This document shows positions 55,067-64,000 of a DNA stretch of 64,000 nt, piece by piece; the first letter of the stretch is position 1; each line of letters opens with the position of its first letter. Both the position numbers and the translations under genes were made by a program. The notes below the pieces were generated by a model. That model saw nothing but the letters and a program-made list of their open reading frames with translations, made no database searches and was not told the origin of the DNA. The DNA is from Pseudomonadota bacterium (GTDB lineage Bacteria; Myxococcota; JACRCW01; JAFGSX01), in contig JBDRCO010000051.1 of NCBI GenBank assembly GCA_043821645.1, forward strand, positions 96,001-160,000, given 5' to 3'.

Positions 55067-57391
55067 ATGGAGCGCTTTTGCCGATGGCTGCTTGCCTGGC
55101 GCGTCCCGATTCTCATCGGAGCGGCCATCCTGACCGCTGCCACAGCCGCAGTGGCGCTACAGGTGCGCTTCGAGTTCTCCTTCACCCAGTTCTTTCCATC
55201 ACGCGATCACCCCGTGGTCGCGCGCTACTTCGATTTCATGGAACGCTTTGGCCGCGACGACCGCGTGGCCCTGGTGGCCATCGAGACGCTGCAGGGTGAG
55301 GTGGTCGAGGCACGCGCGCTGACGGATGTGGCGGCGCTGTGCGCACAACTGGCGAAGATCGACGGCGTGACCAGGGTCGATGGCCTGCCGACCCTGCGGC
55401 TTCCCGCCATCCACCGTGACACCCTGGAAGCGCGCCCCCTGTACGACGCCCGGGACGGGGTGACCGACGACGAGCTCGCAGCCCTGCGAGAGCTGGCCCG
55501 GGCCTCACCCTTCGTGCGCCAGCAGCTGCTCGCGGAGGATCTCAAGGCCACCCTGGTGGCGGTGAGCCTGGGTTCCGGCAGCGATGGAGGCACGGCCCCC
55601 ACAGGCGATCGCGATCCGGTGCTGGACCGGATCACCGAGGTCAGCGCGCGCGTGCTGGACCCGACACGCTACCGCTGGTACCTCGGCGGCGTGCCCGCGG
55701 TGCGTGCTGGCTACGTGGCCCTGCTCGCGGACGAGACCTGGAGTCTGGTGCTCCTGGCCGGCGCCATCCTGGCCGCGGTGCTGTTCGCGCTGTTCCGCTC
55801 CTGGCGCGGGGTGGTGCTGCCCATGGCCACGGTGACGCTCTCCGCGCTGCTCAGCGTGGCCATGCTGGTGCTCACCGACCGCGGCTTCACGCTCATGAGC
55901 ACCCTGATCCCGACGGTGGTGCTGATCCTGGGCATTGCCGACAGCGTGCACTTCCTCGCGCGCTTCCAGGAGGAGCGCGAGCGCGGCTTGTCTGTCGACG
56001 ACGCCGTGGTCGCTACCTTTCGCCACCTCGCCGTGGCGTGCTTGCTCACCAGCGCCACCACCGCGGTCGGCTTCGTTGCCCTCGGCGTCAGTGCCATCGG
56101 TGTGGTGGCGGATTTCGGGTGGATCGCGGCCCTGGGCGTGATGGTCGCCTACCTCGTCACCGTGGTTGTGCTGCCTCCCCTGCTGGCCAGCTTTCCCCTC
56201 GATGGTGGCTTCAGCGTCAGCCAGGCATCCAAGCAATGGACGGGGCGCTTTCTCGCGCTGCACTACCACCTGGCAGCCCAGCACAGTCGCGCCGTTGTCG
56301 GCATCTTCCTGTCGGTGGTGCTGGTCCTCGCGGCCTGGTCCCTGCACAGCCTGCGACGCGATGCTTTCTTCGTCGATGATCTGGACGCCAGCCATCCCAT
56401 GGTCACCGCAACTCGCTTCATCGAGAAGCACTTCGGCGGCATCCTTCCGGTCGAGGTCCTGATCGAGGGAGACCACGATCTGAGCGAGGACCCGGACGCC
56501 GTCACCCTGGCCCATGCCGTGGCCGGACGACTGCGCCAGGAACCCTCGCTGGGCGCAGTGGTGGGCTACTCCGACCTGGTGCGATCCCTGAGCCAGACGG
56601 TGGCCGGCGACACCAGCCTCACGGACAGCCCCCAGGGCCTGGCCCAGCTCTCCCTCCTCGTCGAGAGCGGAGACAGCGCGGTGCGCGACCGCTTCGTGGC
56701 CACCGGGGGGCGAGGTCTTCGCATCTCAGCTCGCGGCGCGGACATCGGTTCGCACGCCATGGCGCCCATGCTGCGGCGCCTGGCCGAGGACCTCGAAGCC
56801 CTGGCGCGCGCGCACCCGGGTCTGCGCGTCCAGCTCACGGGCTTCACGCCGGCGGCTGTATGGGTCGACCGCTACATGGTCAACCAGCTCTTTTACGGCT
56901 TTGCCCTGGCCTTCGCGATCATCACGCTGATGACTGGCTTCTTGTTCCGCTCGCCGGCGTACGCGCTGATCGCGCTGCTGCCCAACCTGGTGCCGCTGGT
57001 CGGAGTGCTGGCCTGGATGGGGCTGTGGGGCATCGCGCTCAAGCCCACCACGGCCATCATCTTCTCGGTGTCTTTCGGTCTCGGGGTGGACAACACCATC
57101 CATTTTCTCACACGGTTCCGCAGCGAGCTGCGCGAGGTCCAGGACGCCCGCCGTGCCCTGTCCAGGACCCTGGCAGGCACCGGGCGCGGAATCCTGTTCG
57201 CCAGCCTGGTGCTCGGCCTCGGCTTCACCGCAGCACTGTTTGCCGAGCTCGGCACCAGCGCCAATTTCGCGGCTCTGACCATCGTGACCATCGCCAGCGC
57301 CCTGGTCTCCGTGCTGCTCCTGCTGCCCTCGCTGCTGCTGTGGCCCCGCCGCTCCCGCGCGCCGCTTCCCCCGACGCCACCCGCCCCCTAG
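55067..57391 (+). CDS. MMPL/RND family transporter
   Basis: Two-fold internal repeat with large periplasmic loops; LGIADSVHFLARF and GLGVDNTIHFLTRF; TSATTAVGF. Confidence 0.9.
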   Translation: MERFCRWLLAWRVPILIGAAILTAATAAVALQVRFEFSFTQFFPSRDHPVVARYFDFMERFGRDDRVALVAIETLQGEVVEARALTDVAALCAQLAKIDGVTRVDGLPTLRLPAIHRDTLEARPLYDARDGVTDDELAALRELARASPFVRQQLLAEDLKATLVAVSLGSGSDGGTAPTGDRDPVLDRITEVSARVLDPTRYRWYLGGVPAVRAGYVALLADETWSLVLLAGAILAAVLFALFRSWRGVVLPMATVTLSALLSVAMLVLTDRGFTLMSTLIPTVVLILGIADSVHFLARFQEERERGLSVDDAVVATFRHLAVACLLTSATTAVGFVALGVSAIGVVADFGWIAALGVMVAYLVTVVVLPPLLASFPLDGGFSVSQASKQWTGRFLALHYHLAAQHSRAVVGIFLSVVLVLAAWSLHSLRRDAFFVDDLDASHPMVTATRFIEKHFGGILPVEVLIEGDHDLSEDPDAVTLAHAVAGRLRQEPSLGAVVGYSDLVRSLSQTVAGDTSLTDSPQGLAQLSLLVESGDSAVRDRFVATGGRGLRISARGADIGSHAMAPMLRRLAEDLEALARAHPGLRVQLTGFTPAAVWVDRYMVNQLFYGFALAFAIITLMTGFLFRSPAYALIALLPNLVPLVGVLAWMGLWGIALKPTTAIIFSVSFGLGVDNTIHFLTRFRSELREVQDARRALSRTLAGTGRGILFASLVLGLGFTAALFAELGTSANFAALTIVTIASALVSVLLLLPSLLLWPRRSRAPLPPTPPAP

Positions 57392-57471
57392 AACCGCTGC
57401 TTTGGGTCCCTCACCGCAGCTTGTGTGGGCGCTAGCGCTGTGCCATAAGACCCCTTCACTGTGAGGAGAAC

Positions 57472-58440
57472 ATGGGCACCATCAGCGATTTCATCACGTT
57501 GCACTACCGTCACTTCAACGCCGCCGTGGTGGTGGATGCGGCGCAGGCCTGGAAGGACTTGCTGGCCAAGGACGGCAAGATGTTCTTCACCATGGCCGGC
57601 GCGATGTCCACGGCAGAGCTGGGCATCTCTCTGGCCGAGATGATTCGCCAGGACAAGATCGCAGCCATCACCTGCACCGGCGCCAACCTCGAGGAGGACG
57701 TCTACAACCTGGTGGCACACGAGCACTACAAGCGCGTGCCAAACTACCGCTACCTGTCGGCCACCGACGAGGTGGCGCTGTACGACGACGGATTCAACCG
57801 CGTCACCGACACCTGCATCCCCGAAGAGCAGGCCCTGCGCAAGATCGAGCACCACATGCACAAGCTGTGGGGCGATGCCGAGGCCGCCGGTGAGCGCTAC
57901 TTCCCGCACGAGTATTTTTACAAGCTGCTGCGCTCCAAGGTGCTCGAGCCCGAGTACCAGATCGATCCCAAGCACAGCTGGTTGCTGGCCGCCGCCGAGA
58001 AGGACCTGCCCATCATCGTGCCGGGCTGGGAAGACTCGACCAACGGCAACATGTTCGTGGCCGCGGTGATGTCCGGTGTGCTCAAGGGATACTCGGCCAT
58101 GCGCGTGGGCCTCGAGTACATGCAGCGCCTGGCCGAGTGGTATACCGAGACCCAGCTCAAGCACGACATTGGCTTCTTCCAGATCGGCGGCGGCATCGCT
58201 GGCGACTTTCCGATCTGCGTGGTGCCCATGCTGGTGCAGGACCTCGATCGCAAGGTCAGGCGCTGGGCTTATTTCTGTCAGATCAGCGATTCCACGACAT
58301 CGTACGGCAGCTACTCGGGGGCAGTGCCCAACGAGAAGATCACCTGGGGCAAGCTGGAGGCCAAGGGACCGAAGTTCATCATCGAGTCCGATGCCTCCAT
58401 TGTGGCGCCCCTCGTGTTCGCGTACGTGCTCGGACAGTAG
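57472..58440 (+). CDS. Deoxyhypusine synthase-like protein (probably polyamine/homospermidine synthesis)
   Basis: AGAMSTAELG, TGANLEED, NRVTD, IGGGIAGDF, GSYSGAVPNEKITWGK, ESDASIVAPL. Confidence 0.92.
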   Translation: MGTISDFITLHYRHFNAAVVVDAAQAWKDLLAKDGKMFFTMAGAMSTAELGISLAEMIRQDKIAAITCTGANLEEDVYNLVAHEHYKRVPNYRYLSATDEVALYDDGFNRVTDTCIPEEQALRKIEHHMHKLWGDAEAAGERYFPHEYFYKLLRSKVLEPEYQIDPKHSWLLAAAEKDLPIIVPGWEDSTNGNMFVAAVMSGVLKGYSAMRVGLEYMQRLAEWYTETQLKHDIGFFQIGGGIAGDFPICVVPMLVQDLDRKVRRWAYFCQISDSTTSYGSYSGAVPNEKITWGKLEAKGPKFIIESDASIVAPLVFAYVLGQ

Positions 58441-58451
58441 GCCATGCCTGC

Positions 58452-61028
58452 ATGAGACAGTTTCCGCTGCTCCTGGCACTCGTCGTGCTCGGCGCACCCG
58501 TCGCGCTGGCGGCCCCGCTGCGACCGGCTCTCGACGATGATCCCGGTTCGGCGGCGACCGAGGCCCTGGACGACGATGCCGGGGACGATGCCTCCTCCGA
58601 ACCCTCCGGGCTTGACGACGAGGACAGCCCGGGAGAAGAGGCGCCAAGCCCCCGAGCCCTGCGTCGCGGCGCCATCTCCGAGATCCAGGTTCGCGGCCAG
58701 CGCAAGGTCGAACCCGACGCCATCCGCGCCAATGTGCGAAGCCGCATCGGCGAACTCCCCGACTCGACCCTGCTGCGCGCGGACATGCGCCGCATCTACG
58801 AGATGGGCCTGTTCTCCGACGTCAGGCTGCTCACCGCGGAGCGTCCCAACGGCACCCTGACCCTGACCTTCGAGGTGGCAGAGAAGCCCGCGGTACGCGA
58901 GGTGCTGTACGAGGGCAACGACAAGGTATCCAAGGAGGACATCGAGGAGGTCGTCGACGTCAAACCCTTCCAGGTCCTCGACATCCCCAAGCTCAAGCGC
59001 AACGTCGACAAGGTTCTCAATCTCTACGTCGAGAAGGGCTACTACCTGGCCGACGTGCGCTACGAGATCCGCCCGGTTCAGGCCAAGGGCGAGGCGGGAC
59101 CTGCCCTGGCCGAGGGCGCCCTGCCCGACAGCGAGCAAGTCGACATCGCCTTCGTGATCATCGAGAACGCCAAGGTGCTGATCGAGAAGCTGCGCTTCGT
59201 GGGAAACCGCGCCCTCAAGGACGCCGACATCAAGCCCTACCTGCAGACCAGCGAAGGCACCCTGGTGTCCTTCCTGACCGAGTGGGGCACCTACAAAGAA
59301 GAAGCCTTCTCGATGGACCTCATGCGCATCGAGGCGCTGTACCACGACCATGGCTATGTCAACATCAAGGTCGGCAAGCCCCGGGTTCAGCTGTCACCGG
59401 ACAAGCGCAGGATGTTCGTCGCCATCCCCATCGAGGAGGGGGAACAGTTCACCCTGGGCAGCAAGGACATCACCGGAGACCTCATCCAGGACAAGGCCGA
59501 GCTGATGAAGCTGGTGACCCTGGAACCTGGCGCGGTGTTCAAGCGCAGCCAGGTGGCCCAGGACATCGACAACCTGACCAGTACGTACAAGGACGTCGGC
59601 TACGCTTACGTCAACATCGCGCCACTGACCACGGTCGATGCCGAGGCGCGCACTGTCAGCCTCAACCTGGAGATCGAGAAGGGTCCCCTGGTCACCATCG
59701 AGCGCATCGAGATCCGGGGCAACGACAAGACCCGGGACAAGGTCATCCGCCGCGAGCTGAGGATCTACGAGGGCGAGCTGTACACGGGCACCGGCCTGCG
59801 CGAGAGCGAGCGCCGGGTCAACGCCCTGGGTTATTTCGAGAAGGTCGACGTGGGCACGCGTCGGGGGTCCACCCCGGATCGCATCGTCGTCACGGTCACG
59901 ATCAAGGAGAAGTCCACCGGCACCTTCCAGATCAGCTTCGGCTTCAGCTCCTACGAGCAGTTCGTGGGCCAGGCCCAGGTCGTCCAGGACAACTTCCTGG
60001 GCTACGGCACGCGCGTGTCCCTGACGGGTCAGCTGTCCTCGCGGCGCCGCATCTTTGACCTGCAGTACACCGATCCTTACTTCCTCGACTCCCGCTGGAC
60101 CTTCTCGGTCAACGGGTTCAACACCGAGAACGATTTTTACGATTTCCGGCGCGACTCCACGGGTGGAGAGCTGACCTGGGGCTACCCCATGGACTTCGGC
60201 ATCCCCTACCTGGACAAGGTCTACGTCTACCTGGGCTACTTCGGTGAACGCGTGACCATTCCCGAGGAAGCCTTCAACGTCATCCTCTCTGGCCTGGAGA
60301 CCAACCGCCCGCGCCTGACCTCGTCGCTGCGAGGGACGGTCAGCTACGACTCGCGCGACAACCGTCTGTTCCCCACCGACGGCTACTTCGCCATGCTGCG
60401 CGCCGAGTGGGCCACGCCCTTCTTGCTCAGCGAGAACGACTTCGCCCGCCTCACGGCCATCGCCCGGGGCTACTGGCCCATACAGTGGGGGCTGGTGCTC
60501 AAGGCCAACCTGCGCGTCGGTTACATCTATTCTCCGGACCGTATCCCCATCTTCGAGAGCTACCGCGCCGGTGGCTACGGATCGATTCGCGGCTTCTACA
60601 CGCGATCCATCGGACCTCTCGAGCGCGTCGGCACCCTGGATCCGTCCAACGGACTCACCTACTTCAACGTCGGTGGCGACAAGGACGTGCTGGGCAACCT
60701 CGAACTCGAGTTCCCCATCGTCGAGCAAGTCGGTATCCGCGGCGTGCTGTTCGTCGACGTGGCCAATGCCTACGGCGCCAATGAGAACTTCCTCTATCTC
60801 GGGCAGGCGCCGAGCCAGGACCTGGCTGGCGAGGCCTGGGATCCCGTGCGCGACCTGCCCATCGGCCTGTACGCCTCGGCAGGCTTCGGCATCCGCTGGC
60901 TTTCCCCCATCGGCCCGCTGCGCTTCGAGTGGGGCTTCCCCCTGACCCGGCGCCCGCCGGGAACCCGCGGCCTTCCCAAGGGCGACGAGCTGTTTCTGTT
61001 CGAGTTCAACATCGGCAATCCGTTCTAA
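58452..61028 (+). CDS. bamA: Outer membrane protein assembly factor BamA
   Basis: Signal peptide; POTRA repeats (GNDKTRDKVIRREL); barrel with IRGF motif; WLSPIGPLRFEWG; C-terminal FEFNIGNPF. Confidence 0.95.
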   Translation: MRQFPLLLALVVLGAPVALAAPLRPALDDDPGSAATEALDDDAGDDASSEPSGLDDEDSPGEEAPSPRALRRGAISEIQVRGQRKVEPDAIRANVRSRIGELPDSTLLRADMRRIYEMGLFSDVRLLTAERPNGTLTLTFEVAEKPAVREVLYEGNDKVSKEDIEEVVDVKPFQVLDIPKLKRNVDKVLNLYVEKGYYLADVRYEIRPVQAKGEAGPALAEGALPDSEQVDIAFVIIENAKVLIEKLRFVGNRALKDADIKPYLQTSEGTLVSFLTEWGTYKEEAFSMDLMRIEALYHDHGYVNIKVGKPRVQLSPDKRRMFVAIPIEEGEQFTLGSKDITGDLIQDKAELMKLVTLEPGAVFKRSQVAQDIDNLTSTYKDVGYAYVNIAPLTTVDAEARTVSLNLEIEKGPLVTIERIEIRGNDKTRDKVIRRELRIYEGELYTGTGLRESERRVNALGYFEKVDVGTRRGSTPDRIVVTVTIKEKSTGTFQISFGFSSYEQFVGQAQVVQDNFLGYGTRVSLTGQLSSRRRIFDLQYTDPYFLDSRWTFSVNGFNTENDFYDFRRDSTGGELTWGYPMDFGIPYLDKVYVYLGYFGERVTIPEEAFNVILSGLETNRPRLTSSLRGTVSYDSRDNRLFPTDGYFAMLRAEWATPFLLSENDFARLTAIARGYWPIQWGLVLKANLRVGYIYSPDRIPIFESYRAGGYGSIRGFYTRSIGPLERVGTLDPSNGLTYFNVGGDKDVLGNLELEFPIVEQVGIRGVLFVDVANAYGANENFLYLGQAPSQDLAGEAWDPVRDLPIGLYASAGFGIRWLSPIGPLRFEWGFPLTRRPPGTRGLPKGDELFLFEFNIGNPF

Positions 61029-61038
61029 CTTACTCAAG

Positions 61039-61209
61039 GGGGCGTTCGGCACGCCCCCTCTGCCGCCGGAATGAATCCGGCGACATTCACCCCTGGCAGC
61101 AACGCGATTTTCTCTGACGGGGCGTTCGGCACGCCCCCTCTGCCGCCGGAGTGATTCCGGCAGCATCCACCCCTGGCAGCAACGCGATTTTCTCTGACGG
61201 CGCGTTCGG
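61039..61209. repeat. 80-bp intergenic tandem repeat (2 units + partial third), two hairpins per unit, REP/BIME-like
   Basis: Units 61039-61118 and 61119-61198 differ at 5 of 80 positions; stems GGGGCGT/ACGCCCC and GCCGGA/TCCGGC. Confidence 0.9.
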
Positions 61210-61397
61210 TCACCTCACACCCTGCGGTTGCTCGGCGGCTGTTGGGATCTCCTGCCTGCGCGCGGCACTTTCTCCGGTCAAAAATTGGACCCACTGCCGG
61301 ACTGGTGCGACCCTGGCTCCACAGGGTGCCAGGTGGCACCACGCACCGCCGGACGGCACCGGTTGCAGACGGCGGGCGCACAGGCAGGAGGTTCACC

Positions 61398-62652
61398 GTG
61401 GAAGCCAGCGAGATGCGCAATTACGAGCGAGCAGCCGTGTGTTGTCCCGCTGACCTGTTTCTCAGCGGAGCCCATCAGCCTGAGCACGCCTTCGTCACCG
61501 ATCTGTGCGAGGGCGGAGCCTACATCCAGACCCGCCACAAGCTCAGGCGCGGCGACCGCGTGTTCATGCGCGTGGCCCTGAGTGACGAGCAGGTCGCGGC
61601 CGTGGCCAGCGAAGTCACCTGGGTCAAGCGCTTCGACCCGGTCAGCGTCGACGGACGCTTGCCAGGCGTGGGTGTGCGCTTCGTGGACCTCAGTGGCGAA
61701 GATCGCTCGCTCATCCGCGGCTTCCTGCGCAGCTCCGCCGGTCAGCCCCTGACCTCGTTGCCGCCGACACCGGTGGACGACGACGACGTGATGCAGGCGC
61801 TGCCCCTGGATCACGAGCCCTCGATCGCCTGGCACGACACGGATGTGGACGACTCGGACACCGAGGACGACGACGACGACGTCATGTCCCTCGGCTACGA
61901 ACCCGACCTGGGTGAGCTCAGCCTCGACAGGCCGGAACCGGAGGTCCACTCGAGGCGGTCGCGTTCTGGCTCGCTCACGCCCTGGCTGGCCGCCGCCTCG
62001 CTGGTTCTGGGCGTGGGCGCTGGAGCCCTGTACGGTTTGCTGGCGCCCTCACCCCAGGCCGCCGCCCCTGGAGAGCGCCCCGCCGCCGATGCCCGAACTC
62101 GTCGCCATCGAGCCGTCGCCCGGGGAAGCTGTGACAGCACCGACTCCGGCCACCGACGTGAAAGTGGCCAAGCCCGAGACCAGGACCGCGAGCCCGACGC
62201 CCGCCAAGATCACCAGGGCCAAGGCCCAGGCCCCCGCCCCCACGCCCGAGGCAGCGGCCAAGCCCACGGCAACGCCCAAGAACACCAAGGCAGCTCCCCC
62301 TGCCGTGCCAGCGCCCAAGACCCGGGCGGGCGAGGTCGTCATGGCTCGCGCGGCGCAAGCCAGCAACGGCTGGTACCTGACCCTGCGCAACGCGGCCTCG
62401 ACGAGCAAGGGCTTTGCCCTGGGCGGTCCCCCGCGTGCCGTGGTGGACCTGCCGCCGGGGAGCGCACCGTCGCTGAGCAACCAGGACCTGGCCCGGGGCC
62501 CCTTTGGCAACCTGCGCGTGGGCCGCACCAGCACCCGCGTGCGGCTGGTCTTCGATCTCACCGGTGTGGTATCTCCGTCCCAGATCCGCTTCGTGACCAA
62601 GGGCCAGGATCTCGTCATCGAGGTGCCGAACCAGGCTCAGGCCCGGCGCTGA
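61398..62652 (+). pseudogene. PilZ + acidic linker + TM + Pro/Ala linker + AMIN-like protein, split by a frameshift near 62045-62090
   Basis: The first frame gives PilZ (RNYER, DLCEGG, GVGVRF) and a TM helix. The +1 frame continues with a Pro/Ala linker and an AMIN-like domain (FALGGPPRAVVDL..LRVGR..VRLVFDL). May be a sequencing error. Confidence 0.7.
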
Positions 62653-62718
62653 AGAAGTCCAGCCCTGCCAGGGATCCGTCCTGGTGGGCCCCTGCCGAGG
62701 CAGGTTCGGCGAGCTGAC

Positions 62719-63666
62719 ATGTCCACCTCCGCGCGCCTCGACAAGTACTTTCACCAGGGCGACCTGGAAGGTGCGCGGCGAGCGGTCAAGAAGCTGTTGC
62801 TCGAGAATCCCTCCGACGTCGACGCTCTGGTCGGCAAGGCGCGCCTGCTGACCCTCGACGGCCAGCACGCCCAGGCACTGGATATCCTCAATCCGCTCAT
62901 CGAGAAAAACCCGGATCATGCGCCCGCGCGCACCTACAAGGCCGTGGTGCTGGAACTCATGGGCAAGGCGCAGACCGCCGAGGTCCTGCTCCGGGCGGCC
63001 ACCCGGGTCGATCCACTGTTCGCTCCGGCTCGCTATAACCTGGCGCGACACCTGGTGCGCGCGGGCAAGCGCGACGAGGCCCTGGGTGAGCTGGAGCACG
63101 CGGCGCGCGCGGATCCGGACAACCCGACCTACCACCTGCGCATCGCGGAGCTTCAGCTCGAACTCGGGGACAACACCCAGGCGGGAGAGGTGCTCACCGC
63201 CCTGGTGTCGACCTTCCCTGGATATTCCTTTGGCTGGCTGCTGGCGGCTCGCGCCTACATGGCGAGGGGAGACGCCCGCGGAGCGCTGCGCCTGATCGCG
63301 GCCAGCATCGAGCACTGTCCGACGGATGTGCCGCTTGCGATTGCCGGCTTTCAGGCCGGGGCCGCTGTCGGCGACCTCCCCCTGTGCGAGCAAACCATCA
63401 AGATCGTTGGACAGTTCGACGAGGCCTTTGCCCACCAGCTGCGCAAGGTCCTGCAGCTGTTCAAGATCAAGCGCGAGGAGGAGATCGAGAGCGCGACGCT
63501 CAACATCTCGCTGCCTCAATGCGAAGAAGTGGCCTACTTCGTTGACGTTATCGCCGCAGCAAGCCCCAACAAGAAGCGCCAGGGTCTGCTGCGCGAGGTC
63601 GCCAAGCGCCTGCGCCGCCGCGTCAAGCAGAGCAAGCCCGGGCCAAAAAGACCTCCACCCAGATAG
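62719..63666 (+). CDS. TPR protein
   Basis: Repeated TPR helices (NPSDVDALVGKARL, NPDHAPARTYKA, DPLFAPARYNLAR, DPDNPTYHLRIAEL). Confidence 0.85.
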   Translation: MSTSARLDKYFHQGDLEGARRAVKKLLLENPSDVDALVGKARLLTLDGQHAQALDILNPLIEKNPDHAPARTYKAVVLELMGKAQTAEVLLRAATRVDPLFAPARYNLARHLVRAGKRDEALGELEHAARADPDNPTYHLRIAELQLELGDNTQAGEVLTALVSTFPGYSFGWLLAARAYMARGDARGALRLIAASIEHCPTDVPLAIAGFQAGAAVGDLPLCEQTIKIVGQFDEAFAHQLRKVLQLFKIKREEEIESATLNISLPQCEEVAYFVDVIAAASPNKKRQGLLREVAKRLRRRVKQSKPGPKRPPPR

Positions 63667-63726
63667 TATGGAAGCACGGGGCACGCTGGCAGCTTGCCAG
63701 CATTTCTAGGTGCGACGAGGTTCCGC

Positions 63727-64000
63727 ATGACCGTGATCAGCAGCAAGAATCAGGGTGCAGGCGGCGTCCAGCCCAAGGTTCAGGCGGGCCTAGAGCGGAC
63801 CACGGGTCAAGCGCCGCAAACGACCCCGAGCACCACGCCCCAGGTCGCGCCGACCACGCTACCCCAGACCGGCATCACCGCCGGCCGCGAGTCCGATGGC
63901 TTTGATGGCCGCGCCGAGCGCGTGAGCCTGTCGCCCCGGGGCGAGGAGGTGCTGCGCACCTTCATGACCGAGGTCGAGACCGGCACCCAGATGACGGCGC
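63727..64000 (+). CDS. Hypothetical protein, 3'-partial, Thr/Pro/Gln-rich N-terminus
   Basis: GAGG RBS and ATG at 63727; open to the window end: MTVISSKNQGAGGVQPKVQAGLERTTGQAPQTTPSTTPQVAPTTLPQTGITAGRESDGFDGRAERVSLSPRGEEVLRTF. Confidence 0.6.
   Translation, partial: MTVISSKNQGAGGVQPKVQAGLERTTGQAPQTTPSTTPQVAPTTLPQTGITAGRESDGFDGRAERVSLSPRGEEVLRTFMTEVETGTQMTA

Noticed and set aside
61039-61209. Tandem repeat as a CRISPR array
   Set aside because: The units are near-identical over all 80 bp with no unique spacers, and no cas genes are present.

Overview
High-GC bacterial chromosomal DNA that looks like Myxococcota (MYXO-CTERM protein, CglF/GltF-like and Tgl-like proteins, Cys-rich lipoproteins, REC-DUF4388 regulators, PilZ proteins); the taxonomy is inferred from protein families only. 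About 49 genes are supported. Core genes include ugd, a UDP-glucuronate decarboxylase, glpK, epmA, pal-cpoB, yebC-ruvC-ruvA, a deoxyhypusine-synthase-like gene and bamA. No rRNA, tRNA, CRISPR array or transposase was recognised. Two probable selenoproteins are missed or truncated by the ORF track: a DUF1573-like protein at the left edge whose SCGCT motif reads S-TGA-G-C-T with a SECIS-like hairpin, and a complete 100-aa HesB/IscA-like protein (51038-51340, minus; GYG-U-GGPRLGLALDE). The latter is divergent from a lipoprotein cytochrome c with 31 heme-binding motifs in four repeated modules. Other oddities: a bacterial methyltransferase resembling diphthine synthase; a partly lower-GC cassette where ruvB would normally follow ruvA; a four-box 13-bp-period operator before a PadR gene; an 80-bp two-hairpin tandem repeat after bamA; a frameshifted PilZ-TM-AMIN gene; an HTD J-domain; and a DUF885 protein lacking its His motif. 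All calls come from manual motif recognition; no database searches or folding calculations were run.
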